This document shows positions 9,093 through 16,939 of a stretch of 43,248 nt of DNA, piece by piece (position 1 is the stretch's first letter; each line of letters begins with the position of its first letter). Origin of the DNA: a virus (Duplodnaviria > Heunggongvirae > Uroviricota > Caudoviricetes); IMG/VR virus record IMGVR_UViG_3300017788_000010; one strand, 5' to 3'. Under the pieces are notes generated by a model, which was not told the origin of the DNA, searched no databases, and saw only the letters and a list, made by a program, of their open reading frames with translations. Made by a program: the position numbers and the translations under genes.

Positions 9093-9120
9093 TAAAATCC
9101 CTCAATATATGGCATAAGAT
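9092..9120 (+). promoter_or_regulatory. Putative phage promoter, copy 1 (A-rich-N13-GGCATAAGAT)
   Basis: AAAA 9094-9097, 13 nt, GGCATAAGAT 9111-9120. The same 10-mer recurs at 24200 and 41749, each time at the start of a + strand module. Confidence 0.55.
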
Positions 9121-10114
9121 GAAAGAAGAAAATCTTCGCTCAATTTTATACGCAATTGATCCTAATATGGACATATCTAGAAGCGGAGACACCCACTTAG
9201 CTGTGAGATGTTTGATGGCCGCAAAAAGACACCGGGACGGGATAGACCGCCGACCGTCTATGACCATAAGCCATGGCGACGGGACCTCTTTCGCGTGGTG
9301 CTGGAGCTGCGGATACAAAAAACCGCTGTCTGATACGTTGTTCGAGCTGGGTAGACATCACGGAGGTATGGCAAGATTGGGGCTAGAGGTACAGCAAGCA
9401 GAGGCCGGTACTATACGGGTGCCTCAGCTAGGGCAGAGACCCGAAACTGCTTCACCCGTAGTAACATATACTGATATACTAAAGGAATTGTATTCAAATC
9501 CGTGGCCGTCAACAGTGGCTCAATTTATGGCCTCAAAAGGCGTGTCTATACGTACTGCTAAGGCGTTTGGCTGCGCGTTTATGCCTAAAGGAAGTGAAAT
9601 ACTACTGCCATCGGGAGACGAGTTCGTAGCCAAATATGATCTAATACTGTTCCCTGTTGTTACTAAGCTAAACGGGGAACTAGAGTGCGTTGGCTGTCTC
9701 GGTCGGTATGTAGACAGCACATATAAAGGGACAAAGTATTTCTTCCCTATGCCAGTAAAATCAACCAACTACTTCTTCGGTGAGCAGATGCTTAACATGA
9801 GGGAGAAGCTACCTATTTTTATAGTAGAGGGTCCGCTAGATATGATGCATTTAGCGGAGCTTGGTTTTAGGTCGTTGGGTAACATGGGGTTAGGAGTGTC
9901 CGATAAAAAAGTAGCGAAGCTACTGGCGTCCAATCCGAAATATGTTATCCTTCTATTAGATCCGGATGCCGCTGGTATCCAAGGTCAACAAAAATACCTA
10001 AATACCCTCAATAAAGCCAATATACAAGCAATATCAAGAAAAACGACTGTTGACCCGAAGTATTTAGACAAAACAACTCTAGAAAACCTTTACATAGGAA
10101 AACAACTCAAATGA
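9119..10114 (+). CDS. dnaG: DNA primase (Zn-binding domain plus TOPRIM)
   Basis: C...H...D..PS...CWSCG Zn-binding pattern, GRYVD, TOPRIM IVEGPLD and LLLDPDAAG. Confidence 0.88.
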   Translation: MKEENLRSILYAIDPNMDISRSGDTHLAVRCLMAAKRHRDGIDRRPSMTISHGDGTSFAWCWSCGYKKPLSDTLFELGRHHGGMARLGLEVQQAEAGTIRVPQLGQRPETASPVVTYTDILKELYSNPWPSTVAQFMASKGVSIRTAKAFGCAFMPKGSEILLPSGDEFVAKYDLILFPVVTKLNGELECVGCLGRYVDSTYKGTKYFFPMPVKSTNYFFGEQMLNMREKLPIFIVEGPLDMMHLAELGFRSLGNMGLGVSDKKVAKLLASNPKYVILLLDPDAAGIQGQQKYLNTLNKANIQAISRKTTVDPKYLDKTTLENLYIGKQLK

Positions 10115-11079
10115 CTGATTTCAAGGATTTAATAGCGTCCTCAGGTTCGCCAGTAGGTAGACTCGCTGCCTTCCGTCTTCTAAAAGACCCTGAACTGGTT
10201 AAGAACGATTCCTCAGCAGATAATGATCTGATTGCTGGGATGTGGAAGGCGCGCGGCGGCTTGCCGTTTAGACTACCTACCGGTAAGAAGACGACCGTGG
10301 TACTCCTCAGCGATATAGAGCTGTTCCCTGTACACGAGATGGCGATCGGCGAACGCAAGGGAACAAAAGGCAGCTACCCTCAAACCGAGTTCTTTCGTTC
10401 GATGTCTACGCTAGGCGTGGGCGACGACGGCGCGACAGTTAGGTCAGGTAACAAGTGTTTGCTTGAACAGGCTCTTGGCAGGGGGCCCAAGCTTATCGCA
10501 GTCGCTAAGCTGCTAGATACTACACCGTTTAAGACCAGAGAAGGGAAAGAAGTCCCCTGGTCTGTGCGCAGCGTCGTTATCCCGTCAAACAGCTCTCTGC
10601 TATCAGTATTGGCCGCCACATCTGAGGCAGCTAAGACTTCTATACAATACATGGTGTTTTCGGTTCAGCGCTCAATGAATGAAAAGAGCCCTAAAATCGG
10701 AGACTCGTGGACATACACAGGCAAGCGCGTTCCTGAGATTATGTCAAGGGACGGCATATCAGCAGCAGAGGCCGCAATAGACTTCTCTAAGGGATTCCCT
10801 ATCCCGACTGCCGAGCAGGCGATGGCTCTTATCAAAAAGCACGTTGCGCTGTGCAAGCGCTTTGCTGGTGAGACTAAAAACGCTGTGCTGACTTATGATG
10901 AGCGCGGCACGGCCCAGCTAATGGGCGTGACAAGCGACCCTGTTGACGCTCTGTTGAACACCGAGCCCGCAACAAAGCCCGCCGGTTTGTCATTGACTTT
11001 AGAGGATCTTCAAGACATCGCCTCCGCTCCTGATTCAGACGATCTTCACGGCAACGATACAGAATTGACCTATAACTGA
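10111..11079 (+). CDS. Probable single-stranded DNA-binding protein
   Basis: Lies between primase and polymerase and has an acidic C-terminal tail (DSDDLHGNDTELTYN). FRLP.G...VVLLSD...VHE and FSVQRS..EKSPKIGDSW match a large-phage SSB pattern (recalled). Confidence 0.55.
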   Translation: MTDFKDLIASSGSPVGRLAAFRLLKDPELVKNDSSADNDLIAGMWKARGGLPFRLPTGKKTTVVLLSDIELFPVHEMAIGERKGTKGSYPQTEFFRSMSTLGVGDDGATVRSGNKCLLEQALGRGPKLIAVAKLLDTTPFKTREGKEVPWSVRSVVIPSNSSLLSVLAATSEAAKTSIQYMVFSVQRSMNEKSPKIGDSWTYTGKRVPEIMSRDGISAAEAAIDFSKGFPIPTAEQAMALIKKHVALCKRFAGETKNAVLTYDERGTAQLMGVTSDPVDALLNTEPATKPAGLSLTLEDLQDIASAPDSDDLHGNDTELTYN

Positions 11080-11082
11080 TAG

Positions 11083-11295
11083 ATGGAAGTAAAAGAACTG
11101 GTTGCGCTATTGTCTAGATTTGACGATGATATGGAAGTCGTATTGCTCACCGCCTCTGGCACAGTCAAGGTTGTGGATGATGCGTTTATAGTAGAAATTC
11201 ACGGAGACAAGCGCGAGCTTTTACCAAAAGGTTCTCGCTTATCTTCAGATGAACGCGCTTCTTTAGAAAAAGTGGTCGCGCTAGAAACAGAATAA
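11083..11295 (+). CDS. Hypothetical protein (MxVKELxxxLxxFDxDxEV type)
   Basis: Fills the SSB-polymerase gap; the N-terminal pattern is common in small phage proteins. Confidence 0.6.
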   Translation: MEVKELVALLSRFDDDMEVVLLTASGTVKVVDDAFIVEIHGDKRELLPKGSRLSSDERASLEKVVALETE

Positions 11296-11301
11296 CTATA
11301 C

Positions 11302-12987
11302 GTGCACGCTCTAAAAGACATCCTTCGAGAAATCGAGGCGTTTAAGGAGTTTGCGTTTGATACAGAGGCCGAGTCAATAACAAGTGATCCTAGTGATGCT
11401 ATAAATCCTAGACTAGCTAGGATCACACATGTTTCCTTAGCCACTAAAAATCTAAGCGGGTGTTTCAAGGCGACTGACGACATACGACAAGAAATAGTCG
11501 CCTTACTAAAAAATCCCGCCCTTACCTGTATCATTCACAACTGGCCTTATGACGGCGCATTATTGCACCATAATGGTTGGATAAAGTACGAAGACATTGC
11601 TACAACCAAGGTAGACACCATGACACTATCTTGGTTAATAGATGAAGAGAACGCGCACGGTTTAAAATCCCTGGTGTTCCAGCATTTTAGCTATAAGATG
11701 GTTAGCTACGAAGAAGCTACCAAAACATCTCCTACAATTCAAGGTATTGCCTTGTGCAATAATGTGATAAACAGCGCTCCAACAATTATGAGTGAGTGGA
11801 GTAAGCGCCGTCCATATCCAGATTTTGACTCACCTGTGATGAGCAAAATAAAAATCAGAAAAGACCTCATGGCTAAGGGGTTAGATAAGAAGGCTGTAAA
11901 AGCCGAGGCTGATCGACTGTTAGGCGCAGAGGAACTAGAGAGATATAAAGCGTTTTCCTTAGCACAATGCGGTAAAGCCCAAGCATTACTTACTCAGCTA
12001 ATACCACGCGCTGAGAAAGAGTTCCGAATGTACGCTCGGGACGACGCTAAGATGCTTATGCGACTATACCACAAGCTGTTACCAAAGGTGAAAGAAGCTA
12101 AGCTATACGGCTGGTTCTTAGTCGAGACAAATATTTTAGACTCCGCTATAAAGATGCACCTATCGGGAGTGTATATAAATGAAGAGAAGGTGACCGAGCT
12201 CCGCACTTTCATGGAGCCGCTCATACACGAATTCGAGGCAAATGTCTTTAACACAGCTAAAGAACAGTTTAATATCAATAGCTCTGACGATATACGCAAA
12301 GTATTATTCGATAATCTGGGCGCTATACCGCCTGTTTTCCGTATAGATCGTACGGGACGTAGATGGCCTAAACTGACTACAGAAGGCGATAACTACTGTA
12401 AACAGAACGGAATACAGCTTGATCTGCGGTCCTCGGACCCGTTGCCTGATATAATCAGGGCCAAGTACCTGTCGTCGGACCAGAAGGTGCTGGAGAGGGT
12501 AAACCATCCACTGGCTCGCGCTATTCTAGACTACAGAGCAGTTACTAAACTAGACAAAACATACATACAGAGCATGCTGGACATCCTGGCCACAGGAAGC
12601 CACTTTATCCACACTAACTTCCGACCTCTTGGAACAGATACCGGTCGTTGGTCGTCAAACACCCCTAATCTACAAAACATACCGTCAAGAGCTAAGGACT
12701 CTCAATACGATCCTCGCATAAGAACACTAGGATCTAAAATACGCCAAATCTTCACAGCTAAGCCTGCAGACGAGTTGGCGCCTGAGGGGTACTCTCTGAT
12801 CATAGCAGACCAAAGCCAGATCGAACTCCGACTCTTAGCGCACTATTGTGGGGACGCTAGATTGGCTGAGGTGTATAACCAGCACATAGATTTTGATGAC
12901 ATGCGCTTCTACACAGGAGACATTCACTCATCAACATCAAAAGCTCTGGACGTTCCTAGAAAATACGCAAAAGCTATTAACTTCGGT
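11302..12987 (+). CDS. polA: Family A DNA polymerase, exon 1 (join 11302..12987,13211..13981; about 818 aa spliced)
   Basis: 3'-5' exonuclease motifs FAFDTE, IIHNWPYD, DTMTLSWLIDE and YARDDA. Polymerase TGRWSSNTPNLQNIP, motif A IIADQSQIELRLLAH, and motif B start RKYAKAINFG ending exactly at 12987 (codon 562). Confidence 0.92.
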
Positions 12988-13210
12988 AGAGTAATCCACT
13001 TAAGCCGAAACAAAACTCACTCAATTCAGTGGAACCCCTCTGGGGCAATACTGAGCGAATCGTCCAGGAATGGATGAAGCGTGCAACGACTCACAGCGCA
13101 GACAGTCAGCCTGCGGCCTGGGTACGCGAAGGCGTAAATACGGTGAGACAAGGTACCATTAAGTATCTTGTAAGGTATAGTCTAGCCCCATGGTAACACG
13201 GGACAAGCTG
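12988..13210 (+). ncRNA. Group I self-splicing intron (IA2-like: P7.1 and P7.2 present), 223 nt, no ORF
   Basis: The 5' exon ends in U and the intron ends in G. P1 TTCGGT(12982-87)/GCCGAA(13004-09); P3 13016-21/13142-47; P4 13026-31/13049-54; P5 CCCC/GGGG; P6a GTCCA-GGAA-TGGAT; P7 GACT(13088-91)/AGTC(13179-82); P8 13148-56/13163-71; P9 with GTAA loop; P9.0 AGC/GCT. Removal restores the frame NFG|FNYGMG. Confidence 0.93.
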
Positions 13211-13981
13211 TTTAATTATGGAATGGGAGCTGAGAAGTTCTCTAGAGAAGCCAAGCTCTTCACAGAGACTGGCGATTATGATATCACAAAAGCGACTAAA
13301 TTTAGAGACGGTTTCTTCAGAACGTACCCTGGCATTGCTATGGCTTTGGAACGTATGAAGACCCGTTGGTATGACGGTCATAAAGACATCAGCACTATAT
13401 GCGGGTGGACTAGAAAGTTCTATCGACACGAGAAGGTGTCTCCTGGCACCATGCTTAATGCGCGTATTCAAGGATCTAGCGCTAACCTACTCAAAGCATG
13501 TATCTTCATCATAAACAAGTACGTATTGCCGAAGTTCCCAGGCACCCGCCTGGTTCTGCAGGTACACGACGAGCTAGTTGTGGAGACGCCTACCCGCTTT
13601 GCTAAGCAGGTGGGGTTATTAGTTAAATACGTTATGGAATACCCGTGGTTTACTGTTAACGTACCTCTATTAGCCAGCGCTAAGATATGCAAAACATGGT
13701 GGCAAAATTCTGATGAAGCCACACCAGATATAGGATACACGTATGCAGAAATAGCTGGGGTGCCTAGAGTGTTCAATGAAAGTAACTGGACCGAGTGGGT
13801 CGAAGTACAAGAAAAGCATCCTAAAGACATAAAGAACAAGAGCGCCGCAGCGGCCCTCTCTAAAGAACAGATCGCTTACTGCAAGACCATTATTCCGGAC
13901 AACGGGCCGTTATTTAAAACTAGGTCAGGTAAAAGAATCGTGTCTAGAGAAGAAGAACTAAAAGCACGACAGAGCCTATAA
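13211..13981 (+). CDS. polA: Family A DNA polymerase, exon 2
   Basis: Resumes motif B (FNYGMGAEKF), then FFRTYPGI, LNARIQGSSANLLK and motif C LQVHDELV. Confidence 0.92.
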   Translation, partial: FNYGMGAEKFSREAKLFTETGDYDITKATKFRDGFFRTYPGIAMALERMKTRWYDGHKDISTICGWTRKFYRHEKVSPGTMLNARIQGSSANLLKACIFIINKYVLPKFPGTRLVLQVHDELVVETPTRFAKQVGLLVKYVMEYPWFTVNVPLLASAKICKTWWQNSDEATPDIGYTYAEIAGVPRVFNESNWTEWVEVQEKHPKDIKNKSAAAALSKEQIAYCKTIIPDNGPLFKTRSGKRIVSREEELKARQSL

Positions 13982-14427
13982 TGAACAAGTCACTAAGAAA
14001 CTGTCCTTATGATTCTTTCGATATCGAACTGCTGCTTCTCAAGCTAGCTATTAGAGCCGCAATTCTATCGGAGCATGCAGTAGGATACAAGGATAAAATC
14101 CTACTACTTCCTCCAAACAACACCGCAGATAACTTCAGCATCTTCAGGCGCCTGGAGCCGTCTAGCGCCGTCTTCGTTCACAAAAAGCGCCCAGCGGAGG
14201 CGGTGGACCGGTTTGTCTTAACGTTCATATACGAACAAGACCTGAATGTAGACGACGTTCGCTTCTATCTAGACGCAGCAGCAGACGCAGGAGCTACTAC
14301 ATGGGAGCATATAAAAACCCATGCGTTAGGTATACAAAATCTGATTTCTGCTAGCGGCTTCTCGTCGGTACTAACCGGAGCACAACATGACAACCAAAGT
14401 CAAAAAAGCAATCAAAACAAACACTAA
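13981..14427 (+). CDS. Hypothetical protein
   Basis: 148-aa ORF coupled to the polA stop (TAATG). Confidence 0.6.
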   Translation: MNKSLRNCPYDSFDIELLLLKLAIRAAILSEHAVGYKDKILLLPPNNTADNFSIFRRLEPSSAVFVHKKRPAEAVDRFVLTFIYEQDLNVDDVRFYLDAAADAGATTWEHIKTHALGIQNLISASGFSSVLTGAQHDNQSQKSNQNKH

Positions 14428-15214
14428 AGTAACAAATAAAGCAGTAACCGCCCCCACCAGACCGGGCCCTACAATAGACAGCATATTGCTATTTGCTCGT
14501 AGATCTGCGTCTGCGGATAAGGTGTCTGGTAAAATTCGCGGAGGGTACGCTACTCTGTGGGGCAGCAAGGTGGCTCGGCATGCTGCTGCTAAAAAGGGGC
14601 GCATACCTGTACCTTCAGTAACTATAGATATCATAAATGAGAAAAATAGACGTGTAGAACTGTTTCCCAACTTCGAGTGGTTGGGCGCCGTCATAGTATC
14701 TATCGACCCCGTCAGCGGTGAGTACGGGATGGAGGGGGTGGCGTTGCTGCCTGACGGCAGCTTACTGCTACCTAGACAGCCGGTGGTGTCGAAAACCTTT
14801 CAATGGAAGCCGCTTCCTAAAAACATCCCACTTTCAGAAGAGTGTGTGGGTAAATTCAACTTACTGGGCGCCACGCTAAAGAGTAAGACCTTATTTAATG
14901 ATATACGGACAGAGGCGCTCAATATACTGAACAACGTGCCTGAGACGCCGGCCTGGCTTGTTAATCAACTAGCAGGCGGCGTATTTAATCTCAAGGTGCC
15001 GTATCTCGCCGCGGTAATGCAGCAGCCTGTGTCCCAAGAAAAGAGCAGAAAACTTGGCAACATATTTTTGTTCACCCCTGCTAGGTTCAATAGGTTGTTC
15101 TGTAACGGCGCCTATAAGAACGCGGTAATGTCTGTACCATATCTATTGAAAGGACCTAAAACCCCGATCGAGGATGTACGTCCGCTACTCAATAACCCAT
15201 TTGCTAGTGTATGA
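14387..15214 (+). CDS. Hypothetical protein (basic N-terminus)
   Basis: 275-aa ORF, translationally coupled to the helicase (ATGA overlap at 15211). Confidence 0.65.
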   Translation: MTTKVKKAIKTNTKVTNKAVTAPTRPGPTIDSILLFARRSASADKVSGKIRGGYATLWGSKVARHAAAKKGRIPVPSVTIDIINEKNRRVELFPNFEWLGAVIVSIDPVSGEYGMEGVALLPDGSLLLPRQPVVSKTFQWKPLPKNIPLSEECVGKFNLLGATLKSKTLFNDIRTEALNILNNVPETPAWLVNQLAGGVFNLKVPYLAAVMQQPVSQEKSRKLGNIFLFTPARFNRLFCNGAYKNAVMSVPYLLKGPKTPIEDVRPLLNNPFASV

Positions 15215-16683
15215 GCAGAGGGTTTATCCGTATATCTGAAGAGGTGGCCAGCGTCATTGACAAGAATAGACGCGCGGTTTCCGAATCTCGTGATTACTCC
15301 GTGTTAAAAGCTGAGAGACCTGGGGTATTCCTATGCCCCAAGTTTCTCACAGATAACTCAGCAGAAAGCCTGATTGTTAAAAAAATTAAACCAGGCAAAA
15401 GCTATCCTACTAAATTCACCTTAAAGCCTCATCAAAAAGAGCCCGTGCAGATAACCGTTAAAACACTGGTCAAAAATACGGGCGCCTTGCTTCAAGCACC
15501 ATGTGGTAGCGGTAAAACTGTTATGGCGCTCAGTGTTGCTGCATCACTAGGACTCACTAGTGTTATTATATTAGTGGATCAAGTTAACATAGCTGTGCAG
15601 TGGCAAAGTAGTATCTGGGCCGTGCTTGGGCTGCGATCAGAAATATTCTGCGCTGATTACAAACAGGTTACTGATAAAGCTGTGCATGCTGACGGGTTCA
15701 GAATAATCGTTGCACAGAGTTTGATGAGACAGAACTTTGTAAACAATCCTATTGCCTGTGATCTATTAATAGTAGACGAGGCCCACGTATTCTCAGCTCC
15801 GGCCTTTCTATCTTCAGTATTCAATGTAGCGTTCACCTATTCACTAGCACTGACCGCTACCCCGGATAGAAAAGACGCGTTGGAATGGGTATTTCAAGCG
15901 GTGCTTGGTAGAGAGATTATCGAAGCCACTAAACCCAGTAACAACGCTCGAATCAATATAGTTAACATAAAGCTATCAACGCAGATCAAGACCTCGGACT
16001 ACACGATGTGGTGGTGCCGACCCAAAAAAAAGAGCACCTGGTTAGCGGCCTGCGCTTCGTGTGATCTATATGACCTGTATCCAAAATGTGGCGGAGCTGC
16101 GTTGTACTCATCAGGTAAACCACGCATAATGATGGCGGGTCTTATTAAGCGAGTAGTGTTCGATCCAGATTACGTAGCGTTCACTAAAGAAACACTCGCG
16201 TCCTTTCACAAAAATAAGAGGCAAGCCCTCATATTCAGTCACTTGAAAGAGCATCTGCGGTTCTTATATTCTTTTGCGGTCGAGGCATTCGGAGAAGACG
16301 CCTGTGGCCTTTATATCGGCGGCGCGTTAGCAGAGGACAAGAAAAACAGGCAGGATGCTATGACCAAGCCGCTAACATTCTGTACATACAGCATCGCTAA
16401 TAAAGCCCTCGATGTTCCGCATAAAGACACGGCCTTTTTCACAAGCCCGATATCCGATATTCGGCAGGCTAAGGGAAGAGTTGAGCGCGATGTTCCTGGA
16501 AAAAACAGGCCTGTTATAATAGATCCTGTTATAGCGGATATAGGCATGTTTAGAGGCATGGCAAACAAAAGACAGAAAACATACAAGGACACCAATTGCG
16601 CAATAACCTATGTTAACCGCGACTATTCTAGTAACCAAAAATCAGGACAACACAACCCAGACTATACTAAGAAAGGTAGTTAA
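15211..16683 (+). CDS. Superfamily 2 DEAH helicase (UvsW/A18-like)
   Basis: Q motif LKPHQ, Walker A QAPCGSGKT, LLIVDEAH, motif III ALTATPDRKD and motif VI QAKGRVER. Confidence 0.88.
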   Translation: MSRGFIRISEEVASVIDKNRRAVSESRDYSVLKAERPGVFLCPKFLTDNSAESLIVKKIKPGKSYPTKFTLKPHQKEPVQITVKTLVKNTGALLQAPCGSGKTVMALSVAASLGLTSVIILVDQVNIAVQWQSSIWAVLGLRSEIFCADYKQVTDKAVHADGFRIIVAQSLMRQNFVNNPIACDLLIVDEAHVFSAPAFLSSVFNVAFTYSLALTATPDRKDALEWVFQAVLGREIIEATKPSNNARINIVNIKLSTQIKTSDYTMWWCRPKKKSTWLAACASCDLYDLYPKCGGAALYSSGKPRIMMAGLIKRVVFDPDYVAFTKETLASFHKNKRQALIFSHLKEHLRFLYSFAVEAFGEDACGLYIGGALAEDKKNRQDAMTKPLTFCTYSIANKALDVPHKDTAFFTSPISDIRQAKGRVERDVPGKNRPVIIDPVIADIGMFRGMANKRQKTYKDTNCAITYVNRDYSSNQKSGQHNPDYTKKGS

Positions 16684-16684
16684 A

Positions 16685-16939
16685 ATGGAAGCACCGCAAA
16701 ACGCACCCAGCAATCAACTAGTCACGTTTCGTATAGGCATGAAGATCCCAGAGACATATGGGAAGTTCTCCTCTACCGAAGTGTCTATCGAACTCACCGG
16801 CCCTGCGGATATCGACAAATTCGAGGACCACATCAATCACTATGTGGACCGGGTAATGAAGTATGAGCGGGAAGTGATAAATAGCATAGCTGTCGCTTCT
16901 GGTCAGAAGCCTTATTTCGGAGACACTAATAATGGTTAA
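16685..16939 (+). CDS. Hypothetical protein
   Basis: ATG 16685 after AAAGGT is preferred over the listed start 16610. Overlaps the recA start. Confidence 0.6.
   Translation: MEAPQNAPSNQLVTFRIGMKIPETYGKFSSTEVSIELTGPADIDKFEDHINHYVDRVMKYEREVINSIAVASGQKPYFGDTNNG

Noticed and set aside
12988-13210. polA as a frameshifted pseudogene or sequencing error
   Set aside because: The 223-nt interruption has a complete group I secondary structure, and exact removal restores motif B in frame.
13106-13471. Antisense ORF as an intron-encoded homing endonuclease
   Set aside because: It is on the wrong strand, extends far into exon 2, and has no HNH, GIY-YIG or LAGLIDADG motif.
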